A stretch of DNA of 57,520 nt. Origin: Myxococcota bacterium. Lineage in GTDB: Bacteria; Myxococcota_A; UBA9160; SMWR01. Positions 17,921-26,223 of the stretch are shown one piece after another. Location of the stretch: assembly GCA_035258825.1 (NCBI GenBank), contig DATFWW010000173.1, positions 1 to 57,520 on the forward strand. The letters are read 5' to 3'. The notes below the pieces were generated by a model that saw only the letters and a list, made by a program, of their open reading frames with translations, had not been told where the DNA came from and ran no database searches. A program made the position numbers and the translations under genes. Every line of letters starts with the position of its first letter. Positions within the stretch are counted from its first letter, which is position 1.

Positions 17921-17999
17921 CGATTCGCGTCGACCGCGCTGGAAAGGGAGCGGCGCAGCGAGGCCCGGCCCCCCGCTGCGCCGCCGTGCGACCGAGTGA

Positions 18000-18833
18000 T
18001 CAGCGAATGATCTGGCGGACCGTGCTGTTCAGCTCGGCGACCTCATCGAGCGAGACTTCGGCGAACGCGGGATTCGCCTCGCGCAGATCGGCGAACGTGA
18101 TCCTGGCAGCGCTCTGGCTGGTGCAGAACACCTGTTCGACGCCCGCCACGCGGATCGTGACGGCGAGCGCGCCGGTCGACTTCAGGAAGAAGCGCACGAG
18201 GAACTCGTATCCGAGACCTTGACCGCGCAGGTCCTCGAGCGTGCAGAAGCCGGCCTGGCCGCTCACGTCGGCCGTCGGCAGCCCGGTCTTCTCGTACTTG
18301 CCCGTCGCGGGGACGATCACGGGGACGTTGTGGGCATCGCGGTCGATCGCGCCCATCACGAGCGCATCCACGCCGCGCCCGCCGATGAACACGTCGCTGC
18401 CGTCGCCGGGGCGCCAGAGCGCGACGTCGTCCCCGTCGTCGCCGAACATGATGTCGCTGTTCGGCTGCGTGAACTGCTCGGTGCCGCCGACCAGGACGTC
18501 GTCGCCCTTGCCGCCGTGCATCACGTCGCCGCCGAGCAGGCCGATCATCACGTCGTCGCCGCCCTTGCCGTCCATGACGTCGGTGTCGTTGAGGCTCTGG
18601 TTGGCAGCGACGCCCGCCGGCTGCACGATCGGATTCTGCTGGTTGTCGTCGTCGGCGCCGAACAGCAGATCGCCGTGGTCGGTGCCCTCGATCAGCGCAG
18701 CCCGCGCACTCCCGATCAGCAGGAGCGTGGCGACGGCGAACGCCATCGCGACGCGCAGGAGCATCGCGAGCCCCCACAGTGCGGTTGCGATCCGATGATG
18801 ATTCGAACGCGTGTCGACTTCGATCATGTCCAT
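18000..18833 (-). CDS. Secreted calcium-binding RTX-repeat-like protein
   Basis: 277-aa ORF. The signal-peptide-like MLLRVAMAFAVATLLLIGSARA suggests an alternative start near 18764. GKGGDDVMIGLLGGDVMHGGKGDDVLVGG resembles GGxGxD nonapeptide repeats. Confidence 0.6.
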   Translation of the reverse strand: MDMIEVDTRSNHHRIATALWGLAMLLRVAMAFAVATLLLIGSARAALIEGTDHGDLLFGADDDNQQNPIVQPAGVAANQSLNDTDVMDGKGGDDVMIGLLGGDVMHGGKGDDVLVGGTEQFTQPNSDIMFGDDGDDVALWRPGDGSDVFIGGRGVDALVMGAIDRDAHNVPVIVPATGKYEKTGLPTADVSGQAGFCTLEDLRGQGLGYEFLVRFFLKSTGALAVTIRVAGVEQVFCTSQSAARITFADLREANPAFAEVSLDEVAELNSTVRQIIR

Positions 18834-18930
18834 TTCTCCTTCCCTCCGCGGGCGCTGTTTCGTGTCGTATCTACGCGCGCGCGCGGCCGGCGGATGCAGC
18901 GCCGCGTGCGATCACGTGCTACGTGGCGGC

Positions 18931-20403
18931 ATGCGCAAACGAGCGCGCCGTGCACACCGGGTCGCGTCCGCGCTGGCCGCGGCGATCGTGTGGGTCGGAG
19001 CCCCCTCGGGCGCCGACTGGCGCGACAACCTCACCTTCACGCTGAGCGACCGCGCGCGCGGCGAGGTCGTCGACTGGTTCGGCCCGCCCGACGGCACCGC
19101 GCACTCGGGCGCCGAGCGCTATGCGTTCTTCGCCAATCAGCTGCGTGCCGGCGTGCGCGTCGATTGGCCGCACGTGCAGCTCGCGGTCGAGGCCCAGGAC
19201 ACGCGCCTCGTCGGCATTCCCGACGACGCCACGCTGCCGCCGCCGCAGGGTCCGCTAGGTCCGGGAGCCGTCTATTTCCTGAACACCCGCGACACGTCCC
19301 AGGGAGAGACATTCCTCAAGCAGGGCTTCGCGACGCTGCGCTGGCGCGGATTCACCGCGAAACTCGGGCGGTTCGAGTACCGCGATGGCGCCGAGACGAC
19401 TCCCGGCGACGCGACGGTCGCGTTCCTCAAGCGCGCCCGGATCAACGAGCGGCTGGTCGGGACGTTCGACTTCACGCACGTGACGCGGAGCTTCGACGGC
19501 GGCCTGCTCGCCTACGATCAGCCCGGCTGGAACGCGACGGCCATCGGGCTGCGGCCGACGCGCGGCGGCTTCGAGGTGAGCGCCAATCGCGAGCTCGACG
19601 GCGTGACGCTGGCGGGGCTCTCGCTCACGGCGAAGCGGCTCCCGTTCTCCGCCGCACCGCCGGCCGATCTCCGGCTCTTCTATCTCTACTTCGAGGACCG
19701 GCGCAACGAGCCGCTCAAGGTCGACAACCGCGCGCTCGCCGCGCGACGGGCCGATCGGGACGCGATCTTCATCCACACGATCGGCGGACACGCGGTGACG
19801 GCGATCGACGCGGGTCCTGGAGTGCTCGACGGGCTCGTGTGGGCGGCCGGCCAGGCCGGTGATTGGGGCGAGCTCGACCACCTCGCGTGGGCCTACGCCG
19901 CGGAGCTTGGCTACCAGCTTCCGCGCGTTCCAGCGCAGCCGTGGTTCCGGGTCGGATACGACGCCTCGTCCGGGGACGGCGATCCCGCCGACGGCGACCA
20001 CGAGACCTTCTTCCAAGTGTTGCCGACGGCGCGCGTGTACGCGCAGTTCCCCTTCTTCAATCTGATGAACAACCGGGATCTGTTCGCGCAGTGGATCCTG
20101 CGTCCCCACGCGCGCGTCACGATTCGCACCGACTACCACTGGCTATCGCTCGCCGAGCGGGGCGACCTCTGGTACTCCGGCGGCGGCGCCACCAACGCGA
20201 AGATCTTCGGCTACGCGGGCTCGCCCTCGGGAGGGCACCGCGCGCTCGCCCACCTCGTCGATGTCTCGGCGACCGTGTCGCTCCACGACCGTGTGTCGCT
20301 CGGCCTGTACTACGGACACGCCTTCGGCCGCTCCGTCGTGCGCACCAGCTTCGCCGACGCGGACGCCGACTACGGATTCGCAGAGCTGACACTCCGCTAT
20401 TAG
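18931..20403 (+). CDS. Outer-membrane beta-barrel porin (alginate-export-like)
   Basis: In-frame ATG 18931 in ORF 18811..20403 (MRKRARRAHRVASALAAAIVWVGAPSGA signal). Alternating beta-strand pattern. The C-terminus ..YGFAELTLRY is an aromatic beta-signal. The family assignment is from memory only. Confidence 0.55.
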   Translation: MRKRARRAHRVASALAAAIVWVGAPSGADWRDNLTFTLSDRARGEVVDWFGPPDGTAHSGAERYAFFANQLRAGVRVDWPHVQLAVEAQDTRLVGIPDDATLPPPQGPLGPGAVYFLNTRDTSQGETFLKQGFATLRWRGFTAKLGRFEYRDGAETTPGDATVAFLKRARINERLVGTFDFTHVTRSFDGGLLAYDQPGWNATAIGLRPTRGGFEVSANRELDGVTLAGLSLTAKRLPFSAAPPADLRLFYLYFEDRRNEPLKVDNRALAARRADRDAIFIHTIGGHAVTAIDAGPGVLDGLVWAAGQAGDWGELDHLAWAYAAELGYQLPRVPAQPWFRVGYDASSGDGDPADGDHETFFQVLPTARVYAQFPFFNLMNNRDLFAQWILRPHARVTIRTDYHWLSLAERGDLWYSGGGATNAKIFGYAGSPSGGHRALAHLVDVSATVSLHDRVSLGLYYGHAFGRSVVRTSFADADADYGFAELTLRY

Positions 20404-21137
20404 GTGCTCTCCATGACGGTCGGCCCCGTTGGGCGATCGCCTCCGGCGCGCGGCTCGATGGTGACGAACAGCCTGGCGATCGGCGCCGTGTAGGACTCGA
20501 CCGGCACCGCAAACGGCGCGCGGACCGTGCCGTCGGCGCCTGCTGCGAAGTCTCCGCACCGGACGTCCGCGTCGCCGACGCGCGCCCAGAGCCGATAGAC
20601 CTGCTCCGGCGGCAGGGCCGGGAGCCGCCGCAGCACGACCGCGCCCTTCTTTGCATCGAGGTCGAGCACCACCGCGCCGGAGGCCCGCCCGATTCCTCCC
20701 GCGGCGGCGAGCTCGAACGAGCGCACCACGTTCGGCTCCTGGATCAGCGCAGTCACCTCCTGCTGGAGCGCGAGCTCGGAGCGCAGCCGATAGACCTCGA
20801 AGCCGAGCGCGAGCGCGATCGCCGCGGCCGTCGCGGCGGCGAAACGACTCCAGACGATGCGCCGCGCGGCGCGCGCCGGGGCGCTCGTGAGCGCGGGCGC
20901 GGCGTGTACCCGCGCGGCTCGCAGGACCTTCTCTCGCAACGCCGGCGGCGGATCGGCGACGCTCGCGTAGGGCAAGAGCTCGAACACCCCGCGGAGGCGG
21001 CGCACCTCGGCCTGCAGCGCCGCGTCCGAGGCCATTCGCAGCTCGAAGGCCTCCGCGTCGGAGCGGGTCAGCTCGCCGAGGACGTACTGGACCATCCGCT
21101 CCTCGTCCGCGCCATTGCCGTTCGCAGCGTGTGTCAT
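20400..21137 (-). CDS. Anti-sigma factor (RskA/anti-sigma-K type, one TM helix)
   Basis: Begins MTHAANGNGADEERMVQYVLGELTRSDAEAFE.., has TM helix WSRFAAATAAAIALALGF and a C-terminal ..QVYRLWARVGDADVRCGDF.. domain. ATGA overlap with the sigma gene stop. Confidence 0.7.
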   Translation of the reverse strand: MTHAANGNGADEERMVQYVLGELTRSDAEAFELRMASDAALQAEVRRLRGVFELLPYASVADPPPALREKVLRAARVHAAPALTSAPARAARRIVWSRFAAATAAAIALALGFEVYRLRSELALQQEVTALIQEPNVVRSFELAAAGGIGRASGAVVLDLDAKKGAVVLRRLPALPPEQVYRLWARVGDADVRCGDFAAGADGTVRAPFAVPVESYTAPIARLFVTIEPRAGGDRPTGPTVMEST

Positions 21138-21661
21138 TCGAGCAGATCTCCCAGCGCTTCCTTCAGGGTCAGCAGCCCCCGTCGCGCCCAGCTCTTCACC
21201 GTCCCGAGCGAGGCATCGAGGTCCGCCGCGATCTCCGATTGACTGAGCCCGCGGTAGTAGGCGAGCTCCAGCACGCGCCGCTGGTTCTCGGGGAGCTGGG
21301 CGAGCGCCGCGCGCACGCGATCGCTGCACTGCCCGATCGAGATCCGCTCGAGCGCCGTGGACGGAGTCGAGGTGGGGACCTCCGCGCGTTGGAACTGGTG
21401 CAGCACGCGGAGCTTCCGCCCGCGCGCGCGCAGCCGGTCGATCGCGCGCGAGCGCGTCATCGCGGTGAGGAAGCCTCCGAGCGCGCCGCGCGCCGGGTCG
21501 TAGCTGCCGCTTTGTCGGTAGAGGGACATAAAGACCTCCTGGGTCAGGTCCTGGGCTTCGTCGGCGTCTCGCAGAACCGCGAGGGCGAGGCCGTAGACGA
21601 GTGCTGCGTAGTGGTCGTAGACGACCTCGAGTGCGGTCGGATCGTGTGCCAGGGAATCCAT
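21134..21661 (-). CDS. ECF (group IV sigma-70) RNA polymerase sigma factor
   Basis: Region 2 DEAQDLTQEVFMSLY and region 4 LPENQRRVLELAYYRGLSQSEIAADLDASLGTVKSWARRGL. I chose ATG 21661 (MDSLAHDP..). The longest ORF begins at TTG 21766 and would cover the candidate promoter. Confidence 0.8.
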   Translation of the reverse strand: MDSLAHDPTALEVVYDHYAALVYGLALAVLRDADEAQDLTQEVFMSLYRQSGSYDPARGALGGFLTAMTRSRAIDRLRARGRKLRVLHQFQRAEVPTSTPSTALERISIGQCSDRVRAALAQLPENQRRVLELAYYRGLSQSEIAADLDASLGTVKSWARRGLLTLKEALGDLLE

Positions 21662-21701
21662 CAGCTCCCGGTCGTCCCGGGCAGATCCCGCAGCTGTCGC
21701 G

Positions 21702-21728
21702 TCAGAGCTCTGGGGCACTCGTGATTCC
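21702..21728 (-). promoter_or_regulatory. Candidate ECF-type (sigmaE-like) autoregulatory promoter
   Basis: The minus strand reads GGAATCA (21728..21722), N15, TCTGA (21706..21702). This resembles the classical GGAACTT-N15/16-TCTGA sigmaE motif and lies about 40 nt upstream of ATG 21661. Confidence 0.35.
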
Positions 21729-21809
21729 CTAGCAGCGCGACCGGTGGAGTGAAACAACGAGGTCAACGCGTCTACTACGTCTGGCCGGGGCCTCCGGATG
21801 CACCCGGCG

Positions 21810-22598
21810 TCAGCGGTCCCCCGCGGCGGTGAGCGAGACCACCGAAGCGTCTCCCGCCCCGATCGTTCCGAGCGCGGTGGCGGCCCCGCTGCTCAGGTCG
21901 ACGGCGTACAGCGTGGCTCCAGACGCGGCATAAGCCCGCTCCTCGCCGGAGGAATCGGTCACGATCTCGAACCCGGCCAGCGGGCCGAGGTGGACCCCGA
22001 GCGGCCCCACCGTCACCTGCACGCCGTCGTTGGGCGGGTCCTGGACGGTGAGCACGCCCTGGGCGGTATCGAGGTTGTACAGCTTCGTGGTGGCCGCGCC
22101 GGGCACCGAGTGGGTGTAGGCCGAGGCGGTGATGCCCGGCCGCTTTCCGGCGTTCGGATCGCCGCGCGCGTAGGCCACCGACCGATCCACGGCCGTGGCA
22201 CCGAGCTCCACGTTGACGCGCAGGTTCTGTCCCTGCGCGCTCACGAGCCGCAGGCGATCGGCCTGCGGATTGAAATCGATTCCCGATTGCGCGCCGCCGT
22301 CGAATGGGACGGTCAGGCTGCTGATCAATTTCGCGTCACCGCTCTTCGGGTCGATCGTGTAGATCTCGTTGGTCGTGGAGAGCCCGTAGATCCGCTGGTC
22401 GGCGGGCCGCAGATCGATTCCGATCAGCGTGCCGGCGACCCCGCGCACGGAGACCTGGGTCGCGGCCTCCGGGTGATCGGTCGCGAACACGAGCAGCGCG
22501 CCGGACTCGGTCAGCGCAACGAGCGTCGGGGCGGCAGCGGTGACGCGCGCGATGGCCAGCGCGGCGAATGCCGCTCCGACTGCCCCCGCGACCTTCAC
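21810..22598 (-). CDS. Secreted DUF4394-like protein
   Basis: GTG 22598 gives MKVAGAVGAAFAALAIARVTAAAP (signal), then LVALTESGALLVF..IGIDLRPADQRIYGLSTTNEIYTIDP..GIDFNPQADRLRLVS. GTGA overlap with the upstream TPM gene stop. Confidence 0.6.
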   Translation of the reverse strand: MKVAGAVGAAFAALAIARVTAAAPTLVALTESGALLVFATDHPEAATQVSVRGVAGTLIGIDLRPADQRIYGLSTTNEIYTIDPKSGDAKLISSLTVPFDGGAQSGIDFNPQADRLRLVSAQGQNLRVNVELGATAVDRSVAYARGDPNAGKRPGITASAYTHSVPGAATTKLYNLDTAQGVLTVQDPPNDGVQVTVGPLGVHLGPLAGFEIVTDSSGEERAYAASGATLYAVDLSSGAATALGTIGAGDASVVSLTAAGDR

Positions 22599-23098
22599 AA
22601 CACGACCGGCCGATCCGGCTGTTCGTGCCGGTGTGGACCGCCGGCTGGAAAGTGTCGCGCGAGCAGGTCGCTCGCCGCGCGGATGCCCGCGAGCGCGCCC
22701 TCTTCGTAGCGGTCCTCGCGCAGATGCGCCTCCATGTCGCGGCAGATCGCCTTCCACTCCGAGGGCGAGACCACCGCCGCGACGCCGCGGTCGGCGACGA
22801 TCTCGACGTCGCGATCCGCGAGCAGCAGGTAGATCAAAACGCCGGTGTTGTGCTCGGTGTCCCACACACGCAGCTCGCCGAACACCGCGATCGCGCGATC
22901 GCGCGGCGCGACACCGCGCAGGATCGCGCGCGGGTGGAGTGCGCCCTCCACCGCGAAGCGGATCTCCGGCTCGTGCCGCGCTTCCGCGGCCGCGATCGCG
23001 GCCTCGATCGCGGAGAGCGCTGCATCGGGAAAACGCCGCCGCACCGCGCGCGCGGATGTGGCGAGATGGCGCACGAGGCGCATCCAATCCATCACCAT
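22595..23098 (-). CDS. TPM-domain protein (third gene of LemA/TPM/TPM modules)
   Basis: C-terminal 167 aa of the 789-aa ORF: MVMDWMRLVRHLATSARAVRRRFPDAALSAIEAAIAAAEARHEPEIRFAVEGAL..GVLIYLLLADRDVEIVADRG. Its start overlaps the upstream stop by 7 nt. Confidence 0.6.
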   Translation of the reverse strand: MVMDWMRLVRHLATSARAVRRRFPDAALSAIEAAIAAAEARHEPEIRFAVEGALHPRAILRGVAPRDRAIAVFGELRVWDTEHNTGVLIYLLLADRDVEIVADRGVAAVVSPSEWKAICRDMEAHLREDRYEEGALAGIRAASDLLARHFPAGGPHRHEQPDRPVVL

Positions 23099-23964
23099 CT
23101 CCCCGAGGCGCCGCCGCCGCCGAACCCGCCGCCACCGCCCGAGAATCCGCCGCCGCCTCCGAAGCCGCCGCCCCCGAGTCCGCCCCCCCCGAATCCGCCG
23201 CCGGACCACCCTCCCGAAGACCAACCACCGGATCCCCATCCCCCGAGCGGGGCGCGGAATGCCATCAGCACGAAGAAGAAGGAGACGAGCGTTGCGACGA
23301 GCCCGACCTGCAAACCGATGCCCGACCACACACTCGCCGCCGCGGCCAGGCCGCCCGCGGTAGTCGCGCCGCTGAATCGGTTGTGGAAGGCGCGAACCAG
23401 GAATCCGACCAGCATCGGCACCACCAGGACCAGCCAAACTTCGACGGGCATCCCGCCGCCCAGGTCGCCAGCACGCGGCGGCGGCAGCGGCTCGCCCTCG
23501 ATCACGGCGATGATCCGCTCGACGCCCTCCGAGATCCCGCCGTAGAAGTCCCCCTGCCGGAAGTGCGGCACGATCATCTCTTCGGTGATCCGCTTCGCGA
23601 TCGCATCGGGCAGGGCACCCTCGAGGCCGTAGCCCACCTCGATGCGCAGGGCGCGGTCTTCCTTCGCGACCAGCAGGATCACGCCGTCGTCGACGCTTCC
23701 GCCGCGCCCGATCTTCCACGCTTCCGCGACGCGAATGCCGTACTGCTCGATCGTCTCGGGCCGCGAGGTCGGCACGATCAGCACCACCAACTGGCTGCCC
23801 TTCGCGCGCTCGAACCGTTCGAGCCGCGCCTCGAGTGCGGCGCGTTGCCCCGCGTCGAGCGTGTTGGTGACGTCGGTGACGCGCGCGCGCAGCGCGGGCA
23901 CGGGGACCTCGGCGGCCGCGAGTCCGGCCCACAGCAGTGTCAGAGCCAGCGCGCGCGGGAGCAC
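23092..23964 (-). CDS. TPM-domain membrane protein (YgcG-like) with Gly-rich tail
   Basis: 290-aa ORF with a signal peptide, VTDVTNTLDAGQRAALEARLERFERAKGSQLVVLIVPT.. (TPM domain), TM helices, and a tail GGWGSGGWSSGGWSGGGFGGGG... Confidence 0.75.
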   Translation of the reverse strand: MLPRALALTLLWAGLAAAEVPVPALRARVTDVTNTLDAGQRAALEARLERFERAKGSQLVVLIVPTSRPETIEQYGIRVAEAWKIGRGGSVDDGVILLVAKEDRALRIEVGYGLEGALPDAIAKRITEEMIVPHFRQGDFYGGISEGVERIIAVIEGEPLPPPRAGDLGGGMPVEVWLVLVVPMLVGFLVRAFHNRFSGATTAGGLAAAASVWSGIGLQVGLVATLVSFFFVLMAFRAPLGGWGSGGWSSGGWSGGGFGGGGLGGGGFGGGGGFSGGGGGFGGGGASGRW

Positions 23965-23970
23965 GCGTAA

Positions 23971-24618
23971 CTACTGCGGCGCGGGCGATGCGGGCGCGCC
24001 CGCGCCGAAATCGACCGTCGGAGGCTTCGCGATCGCCTTCTCGTCCTCGACCGTGAAGCTCGGTTTGGTCTGGAAGCCGAACGCCATCGCCCAGAGGTTG
24101 CTCGGGAACGAGCGCGCCGTGGTGTTGTAGGTGCGCACGGCCTCGATGTAGCGGTTGCGCGCCACCGCGATGCGGTTCTCGGTGCCCTCGAGCTGTGCCT
24201 GGAGGTCGCGGAAGCTGGCGTCGGCCTTGAGCTGCGGGTAGTTCTCGGCCACCACGAGCAGGCGCGAGAGCGCCGAGGTCATCGCGCGCTGGGCCGCCGA
24301 GAAGCGCGCGAATGCCTCGGGGTCGTTCAGCAGCTCGGGCGTCGCGGCGATGCTGCCCACCTTCGCGCGCGCTTCGGTCACCTGGGTGAGCACATCGCGC
24401 TCGTGCGCCGCATAACCCTTCACCGTGTTGACGAGGTTCGGCACGAGGTCGGCGCGGCGCTGGTACTGGTTCAGCACCTCGGCCCAGGCCGCCTTCACCT
24501 GCTCGTCCTCGGAAGTGAGTCGGTTGTAGCCGCAGCCGCTCTGCAGTGCGGTGAACGAGAGCAGTGCGCAAACTAGCGGGCGAAGACTCGCACGGCGGGA
24601 TGTCGCGGGTCGCGGCAT
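23971..24618 (-). CDS. LemA family lipoprotein
   Basis: 215-aa ORF with lipobox LQSGC. AWAEVLNQYQRRADLVPNLVNTVKGYAAHERDVLTQVTEARA is the LemA hallmark region. Confidence 0.85.
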   Translation of the reverse strand: MPRPATSRRASLRPLVCALLSFTALQSGCGYNRLTSEDEQVKAAWAEVLNQYQRRADLVPNLVNTVKGYAAHERDVLTQVTEARAKVGSIAATPELLNDPEAFARFSAAQRAMTSALSRLLVVAENYPQLKADASFRDLQAQLEGTENRIAVARNRYIEAVRTYNTTARSFPSNLWAMAFGFQTKPSFTVEDEKAIAKPPTVDFGAGAPASPAPQ

Positions 24619-24749
24619 GGGAAGGCTCCTCCGCTTCTCGCCTGACTCCTAGCACACGCACAGCGCCCGGCGGGGTCGGGCGTCGAAAGGGCTTGACAGC
24701 CCCGCGCATGCGGTAGTAAGCGCTGGAGCGGACAGGGATCGGGGGCCGC

Positions 24750-25379
24750 GTGCGCTTCGAGCTCGTCTCCCTGGCACTCGCTCTGGCGATCGACGCCTCC
24801 GGCGGATGCGCCTGGTCCCACCAGCGCGTCCATCTCCGGCCCACGATCCCGTTCGCGCGGTCCGACATCGCCGGCGGGCGCAGCGTGGTGCTGCGCGTCG
24901 AGGACGAGCGGCAGCGGACCGAGATCGGCCGCCGGATCGGCCCCGGTGAGGGCGGCGCGATCACCTCGGATCAGGACCTCGCCTCGCTCGTGCGCGGGGC
25001 GTTCGCCGATGCGCTGGAGCGGTACGGCTTCCGCGTCGCCTCGTCCGGCGGGACGGGCGAGGCGGCGCTGAACATCGCGCTGCGGAGCCTCGAATACGAG
25101 GCCGCACGCGAAGGCATCTCGCGCAGCGTCCACGCCCGGGCGGCGGTGGAGGCGCGCTGCCGGAGCGGCGCGCGCGGGTACGAGAACTTCTACCGCGAAC
25201 ACCACACGCGACCGCGGCGCTCGTTCCCGCTCGCGCCCGAGGCCAACGAAGCGCTCCCGAACGAGATGTTCTCGGGCGTGCTGCGGCAGCCGCTCGCAGA
25301 TCGGGCGCCGCTCGACTGCCTCGCGGGTGCGGCAGGCCCGGCGCCGGCCGCCTCGGACCGCTCCGATCAGACGCCGTAG
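24750..25379 (+). CDS. YajG-like lipoprotein
   Basis: 209-aa ORF with a GTG start and lipobox ASGGC. Its length and pattern (..VVLRVEDER.., DLASLVRGAFADALERYGFRV, LNIALRSLEYEA) parallel E. coli YajG as I recall it. Confidence 0.5.
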   Translation: MRFELVSLALALAIDASGGCAWSHQRVHLRPTIPFARSDIAGGRSVVLRVEDERQRTEIGRRIGPGEGGAITSDQDLASLVRGAFADALERYGFRVASSGGTGEAALNIALRSLEYEAAREGISRSVHARAAVEARCRSGARGYENFYREHHTRPRRSFPLAPEANEALPNEMFSGVLRQPLADRAPLDCLAGAAGPAPAASDRSDQTP

Positions 25380-26152
25380 ATCATCCGGCCACCGTCCACC
25401 GTGATCGTGTCGCCGGTGTGGTAGCGGGCGGCGTCGCTGAGCAGATACACGACGACGCCCGCGATCTCGTCCGGCTCCGCCATGTGCCCGAGCGGGATCT
25501 TCGCGATCGCGGCCTGGCCGAGCGGGTGCGCGTCGTCGAACGGCACCATCTCGGTCTTGGTGAGCCCCGCGCAGACCATGTTGGCGCGGATCTGGTGCGG
25601 GCCGAGCTCGAGCGCGAAGGTCCGGATCAACCCCGCGACCGCGCTCTTCGCCGCTGCATAGTGGCCGATCCCGGCCGTGGCAGTGAAGTTGGTGAGGCTG
25701 CCGGTCGCGATCAGCGATCCGCCGCGGTCGCCCGCCTTCGCGCGCGCGACCATGTGGCGGGCGCCCTCGCGCAGCGTGATGAATGCGCCGTGCTGCGCCA
25801 CGCGCTGGAGCTCTTCGTACTGCTTGAGTGTCATGTCGACGAGCGACGAGATCGTGGCGAAGCCCGCGTTCGCGATCACGCCGTCGAGCCGGCCCATCGC
25901 GTCGAGCGCGCGCGCGAAGCCGCGCAGCTGAGCCGCTTCGTCCGAGACATCCACCGCATCGGTGTGCACGCGCACGGCGTGCGCGCGCAGCCGCTCCGCC
26001 GCCTCGGCATTGCGGTCCTCGCGGCGGCCCCAGATCACCATGTCGCCCCCCGCGCGCGCGATCGCGTCGGCGAAGCCGAAGCCGAGACCCGAGTTCGCTC
26101 CGGTGATCAGCGTGACCTTGCCGGTGAGGTCGAAGGGATGAGCAGGGGGCAT
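25367..26152 (-). CDS. Short-chain dehydrogenase/reductase (SDR)
   Basis: 261-aa ORF with TLITGANSGLG (TGxxxGxG) and YAAAKSA (YxxxK). Confidence 0.85.
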   Translation of the reverse strand: MPPAHPFDLTGKVTLITGANSGLGFGFADAIARAGGDMVIWGRREDRNAEAAERLRAHAVRVHTDAVDVSDEAAQLRGFARALDAMGRLDGVIANAGFATISSLVDMTLKQYEELQRVAQHGAFITLREGARHMVARAKAGDRGGSLIATGSLTNFTATAGIGHYAAAKSAVAGLIRTFALELGPHQIRANMVCAGLTKTEMVPFDDAHPLGQAAIAKIPLGHMAEPDEIAGVVVYLLSDAARYHTGDTITVDGGRMIYGV

Positions 26153-26223
26153 TCGCGCACCGTACGCATGCGCCTCGCCGGGTGCAAGTGCGCGCCCCGA
26201 AGACCGAGGGGATAATCGGGCGT

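Noticed and set aside
22568-23545. 325-aa plus-strand ORF with a striking poly-proline tract (PPPPNPPPPPENPPPPPKPPPPSPPPP..).
   Set aside because: It is the antisense shadow of the Gly-rich (GGC/GGN) tail and TPM domains of the minus-strand genes 22595-23964, which carry clear family motifs.
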